A stretch of 64,000 nt of DNA, taken from Takakia lepidozioides (lineage: Eukaryota; Plantae; Bryophyta). This document shows, in pieces, positions 1-11,208 of this stretch; the first letter of the stretch is position 1, and every line of letters starts with the position of its first letter. The DNA lies in assembly GCA_030704615.1 (NCBI GenBank), contig CM060731.1, positions 77,686,001 through 77,750,000 of the forward strand, read 5' to 3'. The notes under the pieces were generated by a model. That model made no database searches. It saw only the letters and a list, made by a program, of their open reading frames with translations, and was not told the origin of the DNA. A program made the position numbers and the translations under genes.

Positions 1-650
1 GAGAAGTGAATGTGGGAACTGAAGGGGAACCGAGGATGGTGAAGGATTTGGAGCCAGAATTCTTTGAGGAAGCTAAGAGTCTGTTCATCAAATACAAAGA
101 TGTATTTGCTTGGAGCTATGAGGATCTGAAATGGATACCACCAGAGATCTGTCAGCATACGATTGAACTGGAACCAGGGTCAGTACCAATCAAACAGGCA
201 AGGTACAGAATGAATCCCAACTATGCACAGAAGGTTGGAGAAGAGATCAAGAAGTTGGCTGAGGCTAAGTTTATATACCCGATAGAGTATAAAACTTGGT
301 TGTCACCCATTGTGATAGTTCCCAAGAAGAATGGTAAACTGAGAGTTTGTGTGAACTATAAGAAGTTGAATGCTTGTACGAAGAAAGATCATTTCCCTTT
401 GCCATTCACAGAAGCGGTATTGGACACTGTGGCAGGCCATGAGATGTACTCATTTATGGATGGCTTCAGTGGTTATAATCAAGTGCAAGTGGCAAAAGAA
501 GACCAGGGAAAGACAACTTTCATCACAGACTGGGGTGCTTATGCATACAAAGTCATGCCTTTTGGACTTTGTAATGCACCAGCAACCTTTCAGAGAGTGA
601 TAAGTGAATTTTTTCATGAGTATCTGGATGATTTCATGCAGGTGTTCTTG
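1..650 (+). mobile_element. Ty3/Gypsy LTR retrotransposon reverse-transcriptase fragment (non-chromovirus-like), interrupted at 651
   Basis: ORF 6..692 has Gypsy RT motifs (WLSPIVIVPKKNGKLRVCV, DGFSGYNQV, MPFGLCNAPATFQR). Similarity stops at FMQVFL, exactly where the catalytic DD should follow, and TGTCGCGCAC begins at 651. Confidence 0.9.
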
Positions 651-1138
651 TGTCGCGCACCTCACTTCGGTAAACTCCCCTTCAAGTCATAGTTACTCGC
701 TTTGATGCGCGCGCCTGACTCCCAACCTGGCCGCCAGGCCAACTTGGAGCTTCGGCTGCTCACCGAGACATAACGGTCCCCCTTCGCTTCCCTCTAAAAC
801 CCTCCACCTAATTGGGACTAGGAGAATTCCCTTTGGTAGATGGCAGTCCGGAACAGCTCCCCACTCTTTGGTCGCTTTCCGGCTCGCTCGCTTACTCACT
901 AGTTTTTGGTCACCAACGGGCTTGCACCGTTCTCGGGGTTACTACTCCATATATATACTTCTGTAGCTGTCCGCGGGGGTTTCACAACCAGCCATGCCAT
1001 TTTATGGCGAACCACCACGAAGACCCTCGATTCCCGGTGGTGAGTCGCGGTGAGTCTTGGCCCGCTCACCACGGCCCCTATGGACCGTGATGAGTCCCAA
1101 GACTCCCCACGACTCCCACCACGAGGTCTCCGCCCCCA
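651..1138 (-). repeat. Distal part of the chromovirus 3' LTR, ending ...GCGCGACA
   Basis: On the minus strand the segment ends in CA exactly at the junction with the host RT fragment. GTGGGA-rich short repeats continue those at 2560-2590. Confidence 0.6.
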
Positions 1139-1462
1139 TTGGAGCTGCCGGCAAACAGCAAGGTGCACCCAGTATTCCATGTCTCTCTTTTGAAACCTTA
1201 CTTCAAAGATGAAGCGCGTCCGAATCGGCATCAAGTGTTGCGTCCGCCACCTATGCTGTTGGATCATGAAAATGAACCTGAGTACGAGGTGGAGGCAATA
1301 CTTAAGTCGAGGAGGTTCAGGAACCGAGAAACGGAGTATCTCGTCAAATGGAAGGGCTATCATCATGTGGAGGCATCTTGGGTGCGTGCCTCAGAAATGG
1401 GAAACGCATCCGAGGCGGTTGCAGCTTTCGAAGGGCGACCTCAAAAGCGGAAGAAGCGTTGA
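1139..1462 (+). pseudogene. Integrase C-terminus plus chromodomain of the chromovirus, in inverted orientation
   Basis: LELPANSKVHPVFHVSLLKP (Gypsy integrase tail) followed by YEVEAILKSRR...YLVKWKGY...ASW (chromodomain). A purine-rich PPT-like tract (~1486-1496) and TG at 1497 follow. Confidence 0.88.
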
Positions 1463-1496
1463 TGGGGACATCAACCTTGGAGCGTGGGGGAGGAAA

Positions 1497-2590
1497 TGCA
1501 TGCTTAGCCCGGTTTAGCTAGCTCAGGAATCCGATTGCAAAAACTTGTATTGTACAAAAATTTGTTATAAAGGAAATGGGTTCCAAATATTGTGCGTCCT
1601 ATTGTGTTTGGAATGGTGATGCATGGTGTGATTGGCTAGTGTGTAGAATACATGCTAGCTTACAAAAGTGGGAGAGGTAAATTGGGTTAATCGTGTGTTT
1701 GCGCAGTGCCGAAATCGGGTGACTTCCATCCAAGGGGCAAGGAAACTTGCGCCTTCTTTGGGAGTTCACGTGCTAGTGCGCACCTGGCGCGTGCGCGTAC
1801 TATAACTGCGCTACCGAGGGGGTTGCCTTGTAGTGCGGGCTAACGCGGAAGCTACGTGCTTCCGTTCACATACTATAATCGTGTAACCTCGGGACGAAGT
1901 CGTAGTGCGGCTTCGGCGTGTTCCCGTACCTCAGGCCAGCATTCCAAGGCGGACCCAATTGTAGTGATTGGGGCACACGGTTGGTTCAAGGTTATCTTCC
2001 TAGTCAAAGAGGGTTCCAGTGAACCCTTGCTCAAGGTGAATGCCAAAAGCGGCATCATGAGCGATCGCAAGCAATGTTGTTGCAGTAAGGCGATTCCATC
2101 CTCGGGGAGGATCGTTCCTTGACCTTGAAGTAGGCCAAGAGAGTGCACTGGGAGGAGCTGGAGAGGCTCCACCCTTGGCCGGGACTTGGAGGAAGTCGGC
2201 CGAACTAGCTAGTGGAGAGTAGAGTCAAGTGTGGGGTTTGGTTCTTTGCCATGGGACGCCATGGTACAGAAACAAACTCCTTGATGTGGGACGTCACAAC
2301 TTGGATGTTCGTTTCTACAAAATGGACAAGTCGATGAGGACATCGACTCCCTGTTGGTAGGGGTGTGTGTCGCAGCCCTTGCCTTGAGGGCAGGGGGTCG
2401 GGACACATGAGGGGCTGCCCCTGTGGTGGGGGCAGCGGCAGCGATAGGTATGGGGGGCTGAGGCACCCTTGAGTGCCCAAGGCACTCAGGGAAGCGGAGG
2501 CGCTCACTAGGTGGAGCCCCGCACACCGGGTTGCGGTGGGGGTGGCTCCACAAGGGGTGGTGGTAGCTTAGTGGGACTTAGTGGGGGTGG
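1497..2590 (+). repeat. Proximal part of the chromovirus 3' LTR (inside the inversion)
   Basis: Starts TG directly after a PPT-like GGGGGAGGAAA tract downstream of the chromodomain stop. No recognisable coding signal. TATAA at ~1801. Confidence 0.6.
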
Positions 2591-5500
2591 CATCATCCTC
2601 ATTCATAACCTTCCGAATGCGAAAGGGTCCCGCATACGGAGGCACGAACTTCGGACTCACTTCCGGAGGTAGTCGGAAATTCTTGATGTTCAACCAGACC
2701 TCTGTGCCTGCCTCAAACTTCACTTCCCTCCGCTTCCGATTCGCCTGCCTTTCATACCGTTTCCTAGCTTTGGCAATATTGTACTTTGCGAGCTTCAACA
2801 AACGCTCGCGTTCTTCCAGTACCGCCGCTACTGCCGGTTCCTCAACGTCCTGGGCGGCCCAACTTGTCGGCACCAGAGGTGCTTTTCCATAGACCAACAC
2901 GAAAGGGAAACTCCGTTGCGGAGTGTTCTGTGTTATTATAACAGAACTCTGCCGCGTCTAAGTGTTCCATCCAGTCTGATTGGTCTGCCGACACGTAATT
3001 CCGCAAGAATTGCTTCACTACGGAATTCACTCTTTCCGTTTGGCCGTCCGTTGTAGGTCGAAGGCGGTGCTCATCTTCAACTTGTCCCCATCTTCTTCCA
3101 AAGTGTCTTCCAAAAGTTACTCGTAAACTTTGGATCGCGATCCGAGACAATATCCTTCGGGACTCCATGATGTTTTAAGACGTGGGCGAAGTAAAGTCGC
3201 CCTGTCTCCTGCGCCGTTGCCGTCTCCTTGGTGGGGATGAATGAACCTATCCACCACCACCATGATTGCATCGAATCCTTTTGACAGCGGCATAGCAGTC
3301 ATGAAATCCATCGAGACGCTTTCCCAAGTCCCCTCTGGAATCGGCAAGGGTTGTAACAGCCCCGCTTGCTTTTTGTACTCGCTCCGGTTTTGTTGGCATG
3401 TGGTGCATGTCTTGACATACTCCTCTGCCTCCTCCCTCAGTTTGGGCCAGAAATACTTTTTCTCTCAAGAGTGCCGCAGTGCGCTTGGCTCCACCGTGGC
3501 CCGCAAGCGGGCTATCATGGCATTCTCTCAAGAGACTATCCCTGATCCTTCCCTTCGGCATGTAGAGACGCTTTTGCTTATACCGGAGGAGTCCATTTTG
3601 CAAGTGGAACTGCGATTTAACCCCCATCCTCAAGTCCTGCATCACGGACTTCGCCAGCTCATCCTTCCGGCAAGCCTTCCGGATCTTCCTTTGGAGTGCC
3701 GTCTCGCCCTTGTACACCAACAAGAGCTGCTGCTTTCTACTTAAAGCATCGGCCACCACATTGTCCCGTCCCGGTTTGTACTAGATATCCACGTCGAACA
3801 CTGCCAAAGTATCTTGCCACCTAAGTTGTTTTGGGGACAACTTGGGCTGCGTGGCAAAATACTTCACCGTGACATTGTCCGTGAACACCTTCACTGGGTT
3901 GGAACCAACATAGTGGCGCCAGAGCTCAAGGCAATGCACCACCGCCTTCATCTCTTTTTCGTGCGTCGGCCACCGTCGCTCCACTTCATTCAGTTTCTTA
4001 CTTTCGTAAGCCACTGGACGTCCATCTTGCATAAGTACACCCCCAATCGCGAAGTCCGATGCATCTGTATGAATCTCAAATGGACGATCGAACTCCGGGA
4101 TTTTCAAGACTGGAGCTTCCGTCATCCGCTGCTTCAATTCAGCAAAAGCTTGGCAACAAAAGGTGTTCCATGCCCAGACTTTAGATTTACACAGAAGGTC
4201 TGACAGCGGCCCCGCAATCTTGGCTAAATTTCTCACATACTTCCGGTAATAAGAGGCGAGTCCTAGGAAGGATCGCACTCCCGGGACCGAAGTCGGAGGC
4301 TCCCAGTCCAAGATCGCCCTCACCTTTCTGTCATCCATTTTGATCCCATCCTGTGTAATCACATGCCCCAAGAACTCCAATTTCGTGACCCCAAATTCGC
4401 ACTTTGAAGCTTTGGCATACAGCTTCCCTTCTCGCAATTTTTGGAACACCCTTTTGAGGTGCTCCCGGTGCTCCTCCTTTGTTTTCGAGTACACCAAGAT
4501 GTCGTCGATGTACAAGATCACAAAGTCATCCAACCACTCCTGGAAAAGGCTGTTCATCAGCGTGCTAAATGTCGCTGGTGCATTGGTGAACCCAAAAGGC
4601 ATCACCAAGAACTCATATGAACCATACCTTGTCCTGCACGCGGTCTTCTCCTCATCTCCTTCCGCCACCCGAATTGGTGATAGCCGGAGCGCAAGTCGAT
4701 CCGGCTGAAATACTTCGCTCCTGCTAACCGATCGAAGAGGTCGTCGATCCTCGGCAAAGGGTACCGGTTTTTGATAGTCACCTTATTCAGAGCCCTGTAA
4801 TCGACACACATCCGCAGTGTCCCATCCTTCTTGTCTGCGAATAGCACCGGGGCTCCGTAAGGTGACTTACTCGGCCGGATGTACCCCTTTGACATTAGAT
4901 CCTTGAGCTGAGTCTTCAGCTCGACCAACTCTCTGTGGCTCAACCGGTAGGGCGCCTTGGCAGGCGGTTCCGATCCCGGTATCACCTCAATCTTGTGGTC
5001 AACTCCTCTTCGCGGTGGCAAGCCGCTTGTAAATCCTCCGGCATCACATCCTGGTATTTCTCCAAAATCCCCTTGATCCAATCTGGGCTTGGTTCCCCAT
5101 CGCCTTCTCCTTTCACTTCTCTAATGTAAAGCAAAAACTGGGGCTCGTGTGCCTCCTCCACGGCCCACTCCTTTGCTGATAGAAGGTTTATTCGCCCTCC
5201 CACGGATTTGGGCGTTTCAGACACTCGTAAAACCTCGCCACCATTCCCACATGGCAGCGTGACTACTCTCTTGCGGCCATCTATGACCGCTCCGGATTTG
5301 CTCAAAAAGGTCATCCCCAAAATGAGATCCACTCCATCAATCTCGCAGATGGTGAAGTTCTCACGTCCCCCAACTCCCCAGTTGAAGAGGAACATCAATC
5401 GCCAACCTTGTCGCCAACTGTGGTTCTCATTTGGCAGAACACACCTCAATAGAGGCCCCAACGTCACTTGTCGGGAGTCCCAGCTTTTGTGCCGTTGCCG

Positions 5501-6005
5501 GTGTCATGAAGGAGTGCGACGCTCCTGTGTCCCAACAACGACACATTAGTTCCGGATATTATCCCATCCACAAACAATAACTGACTCCCTTTTCGTAAGG
5601 TGCCAGTTTCCTGATACAACTCACAAGAAAATTTGCCTACCTTGCAAGTCCTGGCGACCACCGCTTCCACCAAGCGACTGATGGTATCTTCCGACAGCTC
5701 CGTGGTCGCCCGAGTCATGTTCAATTGTCGGGGCTTCGTGCACTTCTTGGCCATGTGCCCGGGCTCCCCGCAATTGAAACACACTCCATCAAAGGTCGCC
5801 TTCTGTCCGCCATAAGCCGCTCCACCGCTTTTCCTTTCAAAGCACCGGGTGCCGCCTTGACGTGTGAAGGCCCTCCCTTCGATTTCCACGTGCCATTTTT
5901 GCCGCGTGGCCTATCCCACTTCTTTTCCGGTCGGAAGGAGTCACCTTCCCGCCGAATCTTCTTGTGGTTCAGCTCCGTACGGCCTTGTCTTTCACCCCTA
6001 GGGAC

Positions 6006-7861
6006 GAGGTTTGCTATTTCATGAGCATGAGCGGCATGAGCGGCATGAGCAGAGTAGTAACACAATCGGTTTTCATGAGCAGAAGTACAAATTTCGAAAA
6101 TAAAAAACAATAAAAAACAATAATTTAATGCAATGTGTCAGGAAAAACAAATATATTATTCGGCCCCTTGAAGGGAAAATTGCACTTTTGACAGTTGTGC
6201 TCATGAAATTTCGTCTTCCGCTCATGCCAATTCCCAGCGACATGTGCAAATATGGCGCCGAATTTCGCGGTAATAGGGTCCGTAACCTGAAAAAACGGCG
6301 ACGTATTTCGCGGCAATAGGTCTGTCTGGCGAAAAATGGTGCCGAATTCCGCGGCTATAGGTCCCCTCATGACAGGTAATTCGGCGCCATTTTTCCAGTG
6401 CATGTTCGGACTTAGCCAGTTTTCGGCCCAAAAAAAAGAAATTCGGCGCCATTTTTTCCAGACACGGTACCAGTGCATGTTGGGACTTAGCCAGTTTTCG
6501 GCCCAAAAAAGAGAAATTCGGCGCCATTTTCCCAAACACAGGTACCAGTGCATGTTGGGACTTAGCGAGTTTTCGGCCCCAAAAAGAGAAATTCGGCGCC
6601 ATTTTTTCCAGAAATGGCCCCACAACTGCTTCTGTTGGATCTCAGTTTGAATGGAATATTGCCTCATTCCAGGAGTTTTGGGGTGCATTTCATTACACTG
6701 CAAAAAAAAAGTCTGATACAGCAAAATGCATTTGAAAATATCCATATGGAGGATTCCGTTTGCCCCATCAATGATTTCTGGAATCCCTAAGGAGGAGTTT
6801 GTGCAGCTCGTTCACGCTCAACGCCGGTGCATGAATAAAGTCATCAATAGTCACGTTCATCTCAACCTCTTCAGGTAAATGTAATACAGATGCTTGCACG
6901 GATAATACTTCGAACCCTTCTTTGCTTCCATCAACGAGAAGTCCGTACAGTTGCAAGTCGGCTCCACTCCAATCGTAATTGTGTATACATCGTCGCGTAC
7001 AGCCGACCGGCCGTTGCCATCCGATACACACGCCAAGGCCGGGTGGGGGTACGTCCACGGAGCTCTGAATAGTGCAAGCCATCCCAAGAGCATTGGCAAT
7101 CCGAGTCTTATTCAACTGTTGGGAGGGTGTCGTCTCTTCACTCTTCCAAATCGCATTGTGGGATGTGCAGAATTGTCCAATCCGTCTCTACTGGACCGAG
7201 CAGTCTGCAATGGCTGGGTCTGAGGAACCGGAAATGCGTGGGCCGGGATGTCTGTGCGTTGCACCCATTCGAAATCCTGCTGCAGATAGAGCATCCGCCT
7301 CATTCTGAGAGAGGCTGCAACCCGGTGCAACAGGCCAGACGACCGGAGGCTCCGGCATTCCCTGAATCCCGTACTTGGGCTTGCCAAATCACAGGTTCAT
7401 TATGTCTGCCTACAGAACCAATGTCTGCGTTGTGGCGTGAGCAAATGTGGGAGTCAAAAATCTGCCGCTGAAACAAGGTGCAGGTACGCACCGTGTGGGT
7501 TCCTCCGAATCATCTCACGCACATCGTGCTCTCGTATCCACCCGGATGGCGCAACACTTCCCCTCGAAATGCCGGCACTTGTCCTCGCAATTCTCCACTG
7601 TGACTCCGACACTCTGTCTCCACAATGGGAATGTTGTATTGCTTTACTACAGATGGCTCGTTATGTTGCCGGGCAAACGCGCCCCTGTGCTCAAAGAGAT
7701 GGCGATCTTGAACGTGCAGGACTTCGGTGCTCGACGAGACCTCCTCGGACAACATCACCGGACCACGAGGGAGCGTGCGATATTCTTGTCAGCCTCGCCA
7801 TGAATCCTCTTCTTCCGCCAGTGCCTCGTCAAGTCTTCGTCTCACGGACGGGTATGAACAT
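6006..7861 (-). mobile_element. 3' portion and terminus of a MULE-like DNA transposon (divergent paralog of the 8362-12059 element), frameshifted
   Basis: Fragments such as SVRRRLDEALAEEEDSWR, NKTRIANALGMACTIQSSVDVPPPG, VYTITIGVEPTCNCTDF...PCKHLYYIYLKRLR and FIHAPALSVNELHKLL align by eye with ORF 9787..11208. Terminus GAGGTTTGCTATTTCATGAGCA at 6006. Confidence 0.82.
6378..6612. repeat. Subterminal tandem repeat, ~75-bp unit, about 3 copies
   Basis: AATTCGGCGCCAT recurs at 6378, 6440, 6515 and 6590, with a shared CCAGTGCATGTT(C/G)GGACTTAGC core. Confidence 0.9.
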
Positions 7862-8361
7862 NNNNNNNNNNNNNNNNNNNNNNNNNNNNNNNNNNNNNNN
7901 NNNNNNNNNNNNNNNNNNNNNNNNNNNNNNNNNNNNNNNNNNNNNNNNNNNNNNNNNNNNNNNNNNNNNNNNNNNNNNNNNNNNNNNNNNNNNNNNNNNN
8001 NNNNNNNNNNNNNNNNNNNNNNNNNNNNNNNNNNNNNNNNNNNNNNNNNNNNNNNNNNNNNNNNNNNNNNNNNNNNNNNNNNNNNNNNNNNNNNNNNNNN
8101 NNNNNNNNNNNNNNNNNNNNNNNNNNNNNNNNNNNNNNNNNNNNNNNNNNNNNNNNNNNNNNNNNNNNNNNNNNNNNNNNNNNNNNNNNNNNNNNNNNNN
8201 NNNNNNNNNNNNNNNNNNNNNNNNNNNNNNNNNNNNNNNNNNNNNNNNNNNNNNNNNNNNNNNNNNNNNNNNNNNNNNNNNNNNNNNNNNNNNNNNNNNN
8301 NNNNNNNNNNNNNNNNNNNNNNNNNNNNNNNNNNNNNNNNNNNNNNNNNNNNNNNNNNNNN
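7862..8361. other. Assembly gap (500 N)
   Basis: Run of exactly 500 N. Confidence 0.99.
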
Positions 8362-11208
8362 TGTGACGAAGACCAGTAGCACGAAAATTGCTGATGGTGT
8401 TCGTGTACGATATGTCCTCTGTGCGGGGAAGCTGAGGTGCCTCAATCCCACCTGCTTCCACTTTCTCTCCAAAGGAGAGCGGAGAAACGAGACGGATTGG
8501 ACTGGCACAACGCATCATCCATTCATTGTCTCCAGCCAAGCTCCTGCGGGTTCTTTCAAGTGTGCACATTGCAAAGAACCACCGACGTGCATGTCCATGT
8601 GCAGAGCCAAGCAATACTACGTTATCCATTTGCTCCCGGACTTGACTAGAGCTTGCATACACGTTGGGGTCCACTGCCACCCCTTGGCGAGAGGCAACAT
8701 GCGTGAGGCTGTGCAGGAAGCACACGACATCATAAAAGAGGAGGTCAAATTGAGCCCCGGAGCCAGACCAAAGCAGATTCAGCTGAAGGCAGCCCACAAG
8801 ATTGCTCTTGGCAAAATCATGTCTGAAGATGGTTCCGACCGAGAGCCCTTGACCGAAGACGAGATGCGTGACCTCTTGGAGTCCGTCTCGCACGTTTGTA
8901 GTCCGAATGTGCGGAATCACATCGTATCTTGCAAGCAGGAGTTCGGCAGGGGGTCGGACATGTACTCAATCCTGGAGGTGAAACGAATGACTGGATATGA
9001 CTACATCCAAGGTAGTAGGTTTCCAGGGCAAGGCAGCGAATCCGATCGTTGTTACATTTTCAAAATGTCGACGTGTGGGCCTGGGAGTGGAGTCGACTTG
9101 GTCACTCGCATGACAACTGGAAACTTGTCGAATGATTGGGTGATGTTTGATCACATCAAGCGAATTACAAACCATCAGTGGGTGACTATGGGTGCGCATG
9201 TTTATGACTATCACTCCAAGAGGCTCATGACGATTGCAATCTGCGAGATGAAAGGGGAGGACACACAGTCCGAGATGCATCTGTGGGAGGGCATAAACGA
9301 GCAGATGGCAAGGGCGGGATTGCCAGAGCCCAATTTCAGGGGATTCATGGCAGACAACGCTCAGGCCAACTGGGCAGCGGTGCGGCGTGTGTACGGTGAG
9401 GACCCCAATGTTCCAATGGAGGGGAAAGAGAGATCCTGTGGATTCCATTGGATGCAGAGTCTATCCCACTACACTACCAAATTTGTTGCTAGCTCATTCC
9501 AGGCTGAACACCGTGTCCTTTGTACGGCGTGGAAGGATGCACCCACATTTGATGACGCGGAGGTTAAGTTTGCTATCATCGAGGCTTGGTGGAACACGTC
9601 AGGTGCAGTGGAGACAACCAATCTGGGAGCATTGCACAGCTGGTTGGGGTGGTGGCATTTTCGGTATCGACAGTTCGGACAATACATGCGGGAGGTAGGC
9701 TGCTGTCATTTTCGTTCATTTGTCTTTCTGTTACGGACATTTCGATTGGTCCCTCACCATTGTTTGTGTCCTTCTAGGAGCGGTGCTTGGATTCCGACAC
9801 GGACATGCCGAACACGAATATGGCAGAATCGGTCCACTCCTCCTGGCGAGCGTCTTCTGCCGCACATCTGGTGGACGTAGTCACGGCCACAACGGAGGAC
9901 ATCGACAGAGCAATCATGCAGCAAGCCACGTACTACAAGTTCTTGAGCGGCAAACAATGGGGTTTTGGGCCGGACAGGGAGGAATTGTTGGTACGAACAG
10001 CTTCGAGGTCCAAGAATCCAGTGAAATGGGCGACACCATTGCGAGAGAAGATCAAAGGGACGCCTCTGCACCGCAGAGGTGAACACCTAGAGGGGGACGT
10101 CCGGACTCGCCCTGTCAGGCGGAGGATTGAAGAGGAACCCGGGTGCGAAGAGGATTCCTGGAGATCCGACAGGAACATTCGGACAGCACCTCGAGGTCCC
10201 GTCATGTTGCCGCACAATGTGTCTTCCAGCAGTGGAAGCCCAAGAAATTCCAGATCGCCGTCGCCTTCAACCGGGGATTTCGTGCAACAAATTCCCACCG
10301 CTCCCTTGCCCCACATTCCGCCCGCTGTTATGCAGTATGGCCAAGCCATTGTGGAGACGACTGTGTCTGCATCACAGTGGAGAATTGCTCGCACAAAGCC
10401 GTCGTTTCGAGGAAGGTGTTCCGCAATTCGTGTGGATACACGGCAACGTTGTTTAGAGATGATAAGGAGGAATCCAGATGGGGCTGTCCCTGCTCCTACT
10501 TTTACAGGAAGATTTGTCCATGCAAAGTTTGCGGAGGCGACAACCACCCAGTTCTGGTTCTGCAGGCACGACATTATGACTTGCGTGTATGGAAAGCCCA
10601 AGTACGGCATACAAACAATGCCAGAGGCTCCCCCGGTGTGGCCGGTGGAACCAGGCTGCGATCTGAGTCAGGTTGAGGCCGACGCCCTTACCGCCGCAGG
10701 ATTTCGGATGGTGCAGCGCACTGACGTCCCCAGACAACCATTTCCGCTTCCACAGCCTCCACCACCGACCCCTGTGAGAGCAAGAACAATGGGACACGAC
10801 AGCTCTAAGCATCCTACACACCGTTGGGGGAAACCGAAGAGGCGGCGACCTCCCTCAAAAGTGAACGAGACAAGGATGGGGAATGCACTTCGGATGAACT
10901 GTACAATCCAGAGCTCGACAGAAGTGCCCCCACCAGGATTCGGGCGTGTGTATCAGATGGCCACGACGGGCTCAGCTGTTCGCAGTGAGGTGTACACCAT
11001 CACCATTTCAGAATTACCCACCTGCAATTGCACCGACTTCCAGATCATGGCGAACAAGGGGGCATCATACTGCCCTTGCAAGCATTTGTACTACGTGTAC
11101 CTAAAGAGACTCCGTTGTAATTCCACAACTCATCACTTCATACATGCACCAGGGTTGAGCCCCCAGGAGGTTCACACTCTTCTGAATATGGATCCAGGGG
11201 ACCAGTGA
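8362..11208 (+). CDS. MULE/Mutator-like DDE transposase with GCM-like N-terminal Zn domain and C-terminal SWIM finger (5' end in gap; exons <8362-9694, 9778-11208)
   Basis: WVMFDHIK (D), FMADNAQA (D), CGFH (CxxH), then NTNMAESVH (E) after an in-frame 83-nt GT-AG intron at 9695-9777. SWIM motif CNCTDF...CPCKH. N-terminal CAGKLRC...CAHC...C...GVHCHP. About 920 codons are visible without a stop. Confidence 0.85.

Larger units (their letters stand above)
651..6005 (-). mobile_element. Chromovirus-type Ty3/Gypsy LTR retrotransposon (Galadriel-like RNase H motifs), frameshifted, 5' part cut off, 3' part internally inverted
   Basis: Minus-strand order: Gag zinc knuckle CFNCGEPGHMAKKC (~5745-5785), protease DTGASHSF (~5510-5530), RT ([25 protein letters not shown]), RNase H (HTDASDFAIGGVLMQ), integrase (ECHDSPLAGH, IVSDRDPKF, TDGQTERVN, YAGPF). 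The chromodomain lies in 1139..1462. Many 1-bp frameshifts. Confidence 0.92.

Noticed and set aside
6125-6745. 206-aa repetitive ORF and overlapping ORFs
   Set aside because: They are translations of the 75-bp subterminal tandem repeat and have no independent coding signal.
7437-8920. Long ORFs running through the N gap
   Set aside because: These are artefacts of N translating without stops. Only the frame continuing from 8363 is supported.
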